Source of the DNA: Klebsormidium nitens
Lineage: Eukaryota; Plantae; Klebsormidiophyceae
Reading direction: 5' to 3'
Assembly (NCBI GenBank): GCA_000708835.1
Contig: DF237390.1
Location: 1 to 64,000, forward strand
DNA: 64,000 nt
Shown here: piece after piece, positions 36,017 to 46,386 of the stretch
Layout of the letters: the number at the start of each line of letters is the position of its first letter
How positions within the stretch are numbered: the first letter of the stretch is position 1
The notes under the pieces: model-generated
Database searches by the model: none
Told to the model about the DNA's origin: nothing
The model's input: only the letters and a program-made list of their open reading frames with translations
Position numbers and translations under genes: made by a program

Positions 36017-38031
36017 GAGAAGTCACCGAGCAGCAGATTCTCCTTGAGACAACATATTCAATACATCCGGTTGCTGTCTGTGATAACAAGCTTTTTGGGA
36101 CAAGGTTTGACTTCATGCCCAATATGCGGGCACGCACTAGGGAACAAATAATCGACGAGACTGATCTTTGATCAATGCGGCCTACGAGCGTTTACGGGGA
36201 GACATGACTCCGGCCTAGCTCGTGAAGTTTGCCGGTCCATGTCTGCTGAATGTGGCCGATAGTCAATCAAGAACGCGCTCGGCTCGGCCAGCAGGGCATG
36301 CCAGTCGGGCTTCCGACAGTTAATAAATTTGGACGAGCTGATTCCATTGATTGACACAATGTAGCTATGGTTTGAGAATCAAGTAGCAGTCATGGATGCT
36401 TGGCACATGCATTTATTACTCATGTGCCGTAAATCGAGGGTCACATGCACCAGGCGGATTAAAGCACTTTTAGTCCCCTAAATGATCGTCATTGCACATG
36501 GCCATCGCTGTGGCATCAAGATCAAGCATCTACTTGTGTGATGCTCTGCGCCAGGCTGACGGTGATCGGTCCATGCCGGGCCCGGCCGCGGCGACAGTAT
36601 GTGACATCACATGTTTGCAAGTGACACTGAGGCAGCCGGCGATCTGCCTTGAATGCATTGTACCAGGTCACATGCAAATGCAACCATACGACGGTAAGTT
36701 GTGATTTATGATATAAACGCAGATAATATAATTAAACCGCGCTGTGCTTGTAGACCCGTAAGATTGTCACATGAGTCGTCACATGCCAGTACCTATACAG
36801 TCAGCTGAAGGGGGGCAAGTGGCTGATGAATCGAATCATGAACATGAGTCATACATCAAAAAATGGAAACCCAAACTGTGAATGTGCTATGGTAGAAAAT
36901 CGCACCCAGAGGGGCCCAACATTGAGCACATGGACCAACCGAATGTCCCTCACATGGGCCATTGGCGGCTGCAGACCATTCGCGCAGCATATGGAGTTTG
37001 ACTACTCTTGTGTCTTCAGCTCCTCAGTTAAATATAGTCCCAAGAAGACATTTTCAAGTCAAGCGCTATGGAAGAATCTCTTGCTACTGGCGACTGAAGA
37101 GAGGCTAGCCTGCAATACTGGCTAAAAATCTCTTGCTACTGGCCTCAGAATCACCATCAGCAAAACGTAAGAAATTACCAGCTGATACAGACCCTCGACG
37201 AAGCTGTCAAGCTTGAAATGCTCCAGAATTGCTCAAAATCAGGGCTAAGGATGCGACGCTATGGGCAGTTCTCTACAACGAGACTCCTTTCCAGCCGCTT
37301 ATGGCAGTAGGCATCGCAACTCTTGCCTCTTGACTCTGAAGCTTAGGCTCTTGTTTGCATCTTGATTGTGTCCACTACATGTATTTTAACCGTTCTAAAA
37401 TTATAAGGACAAGAAGGATTTCAACGCACTTTCAACATAGGGGGCTGGCAGGGGCGCCCATCCCGCGCAAGCTTTAGAGGCCAGCTGAAGCATGTGCAAA
37501 AATTCGAGGCAGCACGTGAAGTTCAAAACAGCAGGCAACCCGCAGACCTTCAGTGACAGAAGCAAGCGAAAGAAAATTTGAGGCATTGTTGATCGATACG
37601 TTACATGGCAATGTCACATCCTGTTCAGCACTTACTCGAAACGATCAAAGTCTAGTGCTAAAATGGGTCAGAGGTGACTGAACGATGTTGAGCCAGCCCT
37701 TCGATATCCAAACACTCAACTCATCACACCATCTAATTGTTTTGATCGACTCGATTGGAAAGTATGCCTAAACCTCTATTGGTCGCACGCAGGTATGAGT
37801 TGACGGAATAATGAGCACGAGCACGATAGTTTACCACCAAAGGCAGCACTCCAATGAATTTGTTCTCCGCATGTCCCACGCAAGATTCCTGAAGTAAGGC
37901 AGTCGAAGAATAGTGCCAGGAAAAGACAAGGCACGAAAAGCAAGGAGCTAGTCAAAGCGTGCTGTAAAGTGGGGTCACCGGAAAGTGGTTTTCTTTCATA
38001 CAAGAACACTCCAGGCGAGTCAAGCAGCAGT

Positions 38032-39451
38032 ATGCAAAAGGAAAGCAAAACAACGACGGCTCAGACCTTTCTACGGGAGTCATCAGACCGCCACCTCATC
38101 AGGCATTCTCAGCCCGGAGCAGCAGGCAGTTCGGCCTTTGTTTCCTCACAGCCGCGTTCGCCGCCAGTCCAGATGATCCAAGGTTTGGTTTCCCTCCCCT
38201 CGTACCACCGAACAGTGACATGGAAAAAGAGACTCCACGGCTTCGAGCGCGCGCTTCTTGAACAGGCAGCCACCCGGCTAGGAAGAGGCTCGGACAGGAT
38301 TCTCGGTGGGTAATCATCCTAGGTTGTGCACCATCAGATTTGGCTACTTATCCGCATGCCCCGCCATGCCAGAAAGACGCTCGTCTGTGCCACATGGAGT
38401 TCGAACTTTCAAGAACTTGGGTCGCAGGTCAGCATGCAAGCTTGGCTGTGGCAAACCTGAGCACTACGATTGCAAGCTTCCTGCCAGTTTGAGGGAAAAG
38501 GCAGGTGTGAAAACGCAATGAAATTGCCGTTCCAACTGACCGTCAGGCTAGCCGCTATTTAGCAACGGCTCGGGAACACTGCCGGCTTCTAAAGCCTCGG
38601 TATCAAAAGCGTCAGACCGCAACGTTTTACACGCTGGCGAGAAAGAACAATTTCTTCAATTTCCTTGCTGCAGTCTCAGACGGGGCAACAAAATGGACAA
38701 TCAGGGCACATTGGAGACGCATTGGTGGCGCGTTAGTATCTTCTCAGCGTCTCATAAGTCACTTGTGCAAAGACGGGCATCAAGCTATGGCAGCTGCAAT
38801 TGATGATTGAGAATCTCTTTGGTCCTTCCGTCGACAGTCGCTGGTTTACCAGGACACTCCGGTTGTCTAGAAAATGAAAAGTGGGAAGATGCCGAGCAGC
38901 TTTCAGAGCTACCAGGCCCCGGTTGACGTCCATGAAGGTCCCCCTTGCATTTCACATGACCCTAGTGTTGTGCTGCGAGCAACCGTTCAACTTCGAAACT
39001 GGCCGATTGGGCGGCACGCCCCTCAAGGTGAGGCTGCCACCAGATTGGTGGTCCACTTATCTTATGTCTCCTTTCCAGGAAGGGGAACCAAGCTTGGCTA
39101 TTATTACCCTGCTCCACTCGCTCCCTTCAACATTTTGGATGAAAGGTTCCGCTATAGTTTTGGCATTGTGAGAGTCTGCCAATGCTTTGCAAAGGAGGCT
39201 AACAAGTACCTCGATCGGTGCTGCGCATTAGTCACCTCAAGGAGGACTCTGGAATGTGTCCTCATCTTTGTAGAAGATGTTGACCGATGTACACTGGGAA
39301 TACACTGCTGCTCATACTCTCTTGTTGCCTTGATGCGGTGGCGTATGCTGACCAATCAGGAGCCCGATGCATATGCATATGATTATTTCAGAATCAAACC
39401 AGCTAGGCTTTGGCAGCTGTTTTATCAGGAAGGGATGCATTTTAGAAGCTG
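38032..39451 (+). CDS. Probable additional N-terminal exons of the kinase gene (not fully resolved)
   Basis: Phase-compatible exon 39392-39451 joins 39523. Other candidate exons have donors at ~38307 (gtgggt) and ~39028 (gtgagg). No domain recognised. Confidence 0.35.
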
Positions 39452-39522
39452 GTGAGTGTGTCGCCAGGCAACACATCTCCTGCTGTGTTGGCTATGGTAC
39501 TGATCAAAGTCGTGTGCACCAG

Positions 39523-42500
39523 GCACTGACTCGTACACATCCTTGGGGGGGAAGTTTGACACGCGGTACCCCGGGTTGATGCTTGGGGGGAGGTTCTGCT
39601 ACCTGGAGTGCATCGCAGAAGGCGTGTCAGCGGTCGTCATCACCGCAGAGGATACGTTCAAGCCTTCTCAGGATGTAAGAAGATTTGTTCTCAAAGACCT
39701 CCTTAGCGCGTGCAGATTGTTGGGGGGACACTGCAAATGATTGTTTGCCTCAGGGGCAAAAACCAGTGGGAGGACTTGTGGCCGGGGGGAGACTCACAAC
39801 GCTTTTACTCCAGCAGGCAGTCCCCATGATCTGCTTTGGGGCTGAGAAGTATGCTTGCAAGCTGTTAGAAACCGGTCGCTTCCGGTGCCTGTATGAATAT
39901 AGTTTCTTTCTGCGCCCCCTTTGTGGTGTTTTCAGTCAGCCCCCCCTGCACTTCTTGCAATCGTCAGATCATTACTCTTGTCCTCCACCCTGCCACAGTG
40001 TCTCAGTTCTTTCTCAAAGCCTGATTTTGTTTTCACAAGGAAAGTGCACTCATCTGATCCAACACCTTCTCCATGGTACGGCATTCCAAGATCTTCTGAC
40101 TTGCAATCCTTTGTTGAAAGTACCCTCAACTTGGGGATATGATTGCTACACTCAAAGCTCCAGAAGCGAGGTGCGGCCCCCGCTTTCTCTTCTATTAACG
40201 TAGGCTTACGCGTCCTTTTTTTCAGGCTTGACCAGAAACGGGTTCGTCCTTGCCTCCTTCTGTGAAGAAAGGCCTAGTAATGACCCCCCAACCAGGTCGT
40301 GGTCAGAAAGAGATGATTGAATAACACGGAAGTGGACACGAAAATGATCACCAGGCCGTGATCATTTAATAGACGCGGAAGCTGACCCTGAAGTGCAGCC
40401 ATGACGACTTGTTGACCGTGAAGATATGATCCCAATATAAAAGATAGAACAGATGCTGAAGCATCCTCCTACATCAAAGCAGGTTGTGGATGAAGGATCC
40501 ACGAAAGCTAATCCATCTTCTTATCCAGATCCAGGTCTGGGGTACAAAGTTTCAGATGGAAGGTAGCCAACCTTTCTGTCGGTCATGACATCATAAGACG
40601 AGGACAGAAGTCAATGCATCAATTCTCTCAATCTTCATATGTGGACCGAGAAAGCGATTAGAAAATGAAGAGCTTCACAGTTGCATCCAGAACGAGATCA
40701 CAATCGTCATGGCAAATACTTAGAAGCCAACCTGTTCACTTAACCCATGTGCTTAACCCATGACAGGTGGTCATCAAAGTGATGCACCAAAAGAATTGCA
40801 ATTGAACTCTGCATAGACCGCAGCATTTTGTCATGTAGGTTGGGTCACGGGTTTTAACAGGAGCTAACCCGTTCGCTTAACTCAACCCCAGGTCGTGGTC
40901 ATCAAGGTGATGCACCAGAAGTACCGCGGGTGCGCGCTCCAAGAGGCGCACCACTTTACTTTCGAAAGTGGGTCACGGGAATAACGACACATAACCGATG
41001 CTAACCCGTTCGCTTAACCCGAACCCAGGTCGTGGTTATCAAGGTAATGCACCAGAAGTACCGTGAGTGCGCGCTCCAAGAGGCGCACCACGTTGACGGA
41101 AACTGGGTCACGGAGATGACGAAACATAACCGACGCTAACCCGTTCGCTTACTTTCCAAGGCCGTGGTCATCAAAGCGATGCACCAGAACCGCGAGTGCG
41201 CACGGCACAGACCACAGCATTTTTTCTTGTAGATTGGGTCACAGACTTAACAGAAGGTAACCCGTTCACTAAACCCAACCCCAGGTCGTGGTCATCAAGG
41301 TGATGCACCAGAAATACCGCGAGTGCGCCCTCCAAGAGGCGCACCACTTTATTTTCGAAACTGGGTCACGGATATCACGACACATAACCGAAGCTAACCC
41401 GTTCGCTTAACCCGAACCCAGGTCGTGGTCATCAAGGTGATGCACCAGAAGTACCGCTTACCACGAGTGTGCGCTGCAAGATGCGCATCACTTTCGGAAA
41501 CTGGGTCACGGATATAACGACACAGAACCGAAGCTAACCCGTTCGCTTAACCCAAACCCAGGTCGTGGTCATCAAGGTGATGCACCAGAAGTACCGCGAA
41601 TGCGCGCTCCAAGAGGCGCGCCTCCTGCGCTTCCTCAACTCAAAGGACGTCCACGACGCGTGCCACGTCATCAGGCTGCGCTCGCTGTTCGAATTCCACG
41701 GCCACGTGTGCCTCGTCATGGACCGCTTGTACGGGAGCTTGTTGGATTACCTGGGGCTCGAGGCGTCGCTCGGGAGGTCGAACCAGGTGGGTGAGAAGCG
41801 CGTGGGGAACAGAATGTCAGAAGATCGGTCTTTAATCAGTCGCTTAAAAGCATTTCAACTAGTTTAAGAAAAAACAGTTGGGAAGGAAAGAGCTTTGGCG
41901 ATTGACGGTTATAAGGTCTCTCTTATGTGACTGGAAAAGTTTTCTTGTACTGTACCAAATGCGACTTGGTCATTCCGTCAGTCGGAATGATATTTTGGTT
42001 GCCCACGGCTGTCGATTTCGGGAGTAACTTTGTGCATCAATGCAAAGAAGTCGCAGAGCGACTCTCGGTTTGAGGGGATTGAAATTTGCTGGCCGAACCG
42101 ACTTGCTTCTACCAAACCAAGACCTCGTTCTGTCTTTTGCAAGCTCTTCTCTGCGACCTTGGCAACTTTTACGCTCACTCTCCTTCGCATCCGCTAATTG
42201 TCACCAATTTACGATTTGAACGTCTCCTTCCAGCACCGTTTACGTTCTCTTAGCACCATTCGCCTCTTCTGAATCATGTCCCAGTTTTGCAGGCCCTCCT
42301 CCCCGACCTGCGCAAGATCGCGTACCAGCTCCTGACGAGCGTCGCCTTCCTTGCAGCATCCCTAACCCTAACCATCTCGAAACCAAATCTCGATCAAAAA
42401 ACTCCGCTTCCAACAATTTCACGATTCCTTAGCACCATTTGCATCTTCTGATCCATGTCTCGGGTTTGCGGGCCCTCTTGTCTGACCTGCACAGGATTGC

Positions 42501-45500
42501 ATACCAGCTTCTGGCCATTGTCGCCTTCCTTGTAGCGTCCATGAACCTCAACCACTCCCATCCCAGAAATCCATTTGTCACAGCCTCTTAAGCATTTGCA
42601 TCTTCTGAGTAATGTCCCGATTTTGCAGGCTCTCCTGTCTGACCTGCGCAAGATCGCATACCAGCTCCTGACGAGCCTCACCTTCTTTGTAGCGTCCCTT
42701 GACTTCAACCACAATTCAATAATGAAAAACGCATAGCAACATTTGCACCTTCTAAAGTCATGTCTCAATCTTGCAGGCCCTCGTTTCCGACCTGCGCAAG
42801 ATTGCATACCAGCTCCTGACCAGCCTCGACTTCCTGCGCGCCGCCGGTCTGACGCACGCCGACTTGAAGCTCGAGAACATCCTCATGTGCCGCCCCTGCA
42901 CCGCGGTTCCAGACCCGACGGGAGTTGGCGGCGACCGGGGGTGGGGGTCCATGGGGATCAAGCTGGCCGACTTTGGGAACGCGTTCGGAGAGTTGAACCA
43001 CGAGGAGGAGGTGAGGAGGTTTGCAATCCTTGGTTTGCTTTTTACGCGAAATGAAGTCTCTTGGACGTCAACGCGGAAGAATCTGAAGATGCATTGACGA
43101 TCCGGAACTGTGCGCTTCGCCTGCGCTAAGCGCGAAGGTCAAGCTAAGGATTGAAAGTGGTACGAAGGCGTGCTTCTGTGCTGGAGCCCTGCGCGCTCTC
43201 TTCAACCCACAGTCGACACTCCTCTAACACTTTTTTCCGAGATGCTTGTAAGCATTGATAAAGCTCGGACACTCTCTGTTAAATCCTCAAAAGTGTTCTC
43301 TCTTTGACGATCTTTCCTCCACGAGCCCTGATATCATTGCCCAGCCATGACTTTGAAGCCAAAGGCCTGTCAAACTCTCTTTCAGGAACGAAATTTTCTA
43401 ACTAGAGCTCCCCCAGGTCTTTGGTCTCGGCTCGCGTACGTTGCAAGTCTCGTTCTTGAAGCCTCTCAGGACTGAAAATGAAGTGCCTGGTATCGTTTTC
43501 TCAGGACTTCGACATCCAGACTCTGTCGTACCCTAAAACCCGAGGTCCTCTTCGGCGCCGGCCCCCTCACCCTCGCGATGGATCCTGTTGCCCCCTCAGC
43601 TGCATCGTTGCTGAGCTAACGCTCCTCAAACATCAAAATCCAAAAGTCTAAACCTTCTACGACGTTCCACAGGACTTCGACATTTAGACTGTGTCCTACC
43701 GCGCCCCCGAGGTCCTCTTCGGCGCCGGCCCCCTCACCCCGGCCATCGACATGTGGTCGCTCGGCTGCATCATCGCTGAGCTGGCGCTCCATAAACGTAA
43801 AAGATCTCAAAAACCCTACAAAACCCTAAAACTTCATACAATTTCCCACAGGACTTTGACATTCAGACTCTGTCCTACCGCGCCCCCGAGGTCCTTTTTG
43901 GCGCCGGCCCCCTCACCCCGGCCATCGACATGTGGTCGCTCGGCTGCATCATTGCTGAGCTGGCGCTCCGGCGCCTCCTCTTCGCGGCCCAAACGCCCGG
44001 CCAGCTTCTCCAGCAAATGACCGCCGCGCTCGGGGGGATCCCTCCCCGGGCACTTTTCGGTTCCGGGCGACTTTACGCACGGGTGTGCAAAGAGGCCGGG
44101 TCGCCCTCCCCCGGTCACTTCGGGTGGGGTTCGAAGATTGGCTTTCACGGAGGCGCGCAACACTTTGGGGGGGCGGGGGTAAGGTCGAAGCTGGGGGCTG
44201 CGCTGAGTGCGATCGACCCCCCCCTGGCGGACTTGGTCTGCCGGCTGCTTGAATACGATCCCGCGTTACGGCCGACTCCGGAGGAAGCGCGCGAGCACCC
44301 CTTTTTCAAAATCCTAAACCCCGAGCGTGCGATCCGGGACGCCTTTCCTTCTGCTCTGGGAGGTCTGCCGTTCGCAGACATTGATGCGGAGCGCAACATG
44401 CCAGCTAGTGCAATGGAGGGGACGACGTCAGGACGGAACGGGTTGGCGGAAGCGAACGGAGCCTATCTAAAGGCCGCCGTCAAAACCGCCCCTCTTTTTG
44501 CGGAGTCAAATGGTACAAAGTATGGGACACGGCGCTTCGAGATCGCAGAAAAAGTCCCTGGTGTCTTGTTCCACAAACGGGGGGGTCCGCTTCCAAATGG
44601 TTTCCTCGTCGAAGAACCCCCCTTCCGGCCCGCTAAGAAGCGGAAGAGCGGCCGGGTGGCGGAGGCCCCGGGCGACGTCCCTGATGACGTCAGTCGTGTC
44701 GCTGCTGTCGTCACCGCTGGGGCTGGGAAACGCGCCTCGTTGGCGTGTGCGCCGGCTCAACGGTTCGAGGAGGGGGCCGCAACGGAAAAGGCGCCAAGCT
44801 GCGTTGAAGGGCCTGGAGACTTCATGACGTCAGCAAGGGGAGTGACGGATGCAGAAAGCGTATCAGCAGCTCAATTAAAGAGCACTCCTTTGAAAGTGGG
44901 GAGGACGGAGCGCCTTTTGGGGCTTGCCAAACCCCCCCCGTTCTGCAACACGGGGTGGACTTTAGGGGAACAGGTCGCGGCGTCGTTCGAAAGGGGGGTC
45001 GAACCGTTGATAGCGGGAGAGGAATCCAGCAGAAAAGCGCAACCGCCGGGTTTTGCGGTCAAGGTTCTCAAGGGCTGGAAAGGCAGGGAGGATCCTGTCT
45101 GGGGGCCAGGAACTCCGCCGGTTTCTCTTCCGGTCGAAACGACGGGTTTGGAGCAGATGGCTGAAGCGACCCAGGAAGGGTTGCGGTTGCGCCCGGTGGC
45201 TGTGCACACTTGGGGGCGGCCTGGCGATGGGGACGATGTGAATACGCCGGGGGAAGTGTCGTTTGCGGCCAGCTTGGTGGCGCGGCAAGGGAGGCAGGGT
45301 ACGTTCACATTTGTACGGCGAGGAGAACTAGAAAGAGCGGGGGATATAGATGCGGCTGCGAAGGGTATGGGTCTCGTAGACAGAGAAGCGTGTGAACCCA
45401 GAGAAGACTTGCCATGGGGAAAAGGAACCGATGACCATGTAGAAAGCGAGCGGTTGAAAGCTCCCATTTCCGGCGTTGGGGTTTGTCTTGAACGCGGGGG

Positions 45501-46386
45501 GATTCGTACTGTTAAGCGAGGCGCGCAGGAGCCTTCCGCGGCCGGAAATTCGGACGTGTATCCCCGCGCAAGAGGGTCACGCCCTCACGAGCCCGTCCCG
45601 GCGACCGCTGTAGTGGGGATGGCGCCTAAAGAGGTCGCTCAAACGGCCGCCCGAGCAGACTTGAGAGAACAAGGCAAGGTTCTCGTTAGTCCAGTCGTCC
45701 CGTCAAGGGGAGCATCGACGGAAGGGGCTTGTTTCGGTCTGGCGAGCGTTCCCCTGCCTGTCGGCGGTGCGTTAGCAGAGCCCGTCTGCTCGGCGTTGAA
45801 CGCCCGGGGGGGGCGGAATTTGCAGCCGTTCGAGGGGGGTGGGAAAGAACGCTCGACGGCAGAAGATGTTGGTGGACCCCCAGATTCGGACAGCTGTGGC
45901 TCGGCAGTCCTTTCGAGCCCCCCCTCGGGAGAGAAGCGCCTGAACGAGGTGGGTAGAGCGGGGAAAGATGGCGAGGTGGAATCGCCGCCCAAAGTCGGCG
46001 GGAATTTGGCTACGGCGGGGAACCGGCCTGCCGCTAGCGAGCTCAGCCTCACGGTCGGGCCGTGTTGGGAGACCCGGGCGAAAAGAAAGAGGGACGGGGA
46101 TCCCTCGGCTAAGCCGCGCGGTGAGGGGGGTGTCGGGGAGCGAGAGAAGCGAAGTTTGCGGCGTGGGGGGGCAGAAATAGTGGAGGTACATGCAGAGGAT
46201 AAGGATTCGATACGTACGAGGTCCGCTAGTCGCTCAGAAGGCAGGGACGAGACCCCCCCTCTGCAGCGGCAGAGGGTGCTGCCAAGGAGACCGGCACGAG
46301 ACGAGAAGAGTGTCGTGCCATGGTGGATAGCCGTTCCGTCTAACACCCAGCGAGACCCAAGTGATACGTCGTTAGAGCTCCTGTAG
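39523..46386 (+). CDS. CMGC-group (DYRK/HIPK-like, atypical) Ser/Thr protein kinase with ~690-aa low-complexity C-terminal tail; exons 39523-39674, 41562-41786, 42777-43010, 43852-46386
   Basis: [18 protein letters not shown] (I), VVVIKVM (II), QEARLL (III), HVCLVMDRL (V), [11 protein letters not shown] (VIb), IKLADFGNA (VII), [11 protein letters not shown] (VIII), [13 protein letters not shown] (IX), [26 protein letters not shown] (XI). All introns are phase 0. Confidence 0.9.
40741..41620 (+). repeat. Intronic tandem array of ~124-140-bp units, each = intron 3' end (CTAAC branch, CCCAG acceptor) + first ~60 nt of kinase exon 41562
   Basis: (GTC)GTGGTCATCAAGGTGATGCACCAG follows an AG at ~40767, 40892, 41029, 41161, 41285 and 41422, then the functional copy at 41562. 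More decayed copies at 40296 and 40355. Confidence 0.95.
42250..42830 (+). repeat. Three intronic ghost copies of acceptor + first ~20 codons of kinase exon 42777
   Basis: Exon-like starts at 42293, ~42472 (AG changed to GG) and 42629, all with GACCTGC(G/A)CA(A/G)GAT(C/T)GC(G/A)TACCAGCT. Confidence 0.92.
43495..43930 (+). repeat. Two intronic ghost copies of acceptor + first ~40 codons of kinase exon 43852
   Basis: cag|GACTTCGACAT at 43505 (frameshifted) and 43673 (CAG to TAG at 43685), versus functional cag|GACTTTGACATT at 43852. Confidence 0.93.

Noticed and set aside
37075-37143. 17-bp direct repeat AATCTCTTGCTACTGGC x2
   Set aside because: Real but isolated, with no element boundaries or link to a recognisable gene.
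40741-41620. CRISPR-like array
   Set aside because: The whole ~130-bp unit is repeated with no unique spacers, the repeat derives from the adjacent exon and acceptor, no cas genes are present, and the context is eukaryotic.
40741-43800. Dscam-like mutually exclusive exon clusters
   Set aside because: Copies cover only the exon 5' part, lack a matching in-phase donor, and those translated reach stops or frameshifts.
40741-43930. Assembly artefact (collapsed or duplicated reads) as the explanation for the arrays
   Set aside because: Copies differ by many substitutions and indels, include two unit subtypes and occur in five genes. Long-read confirmation is still desirable.
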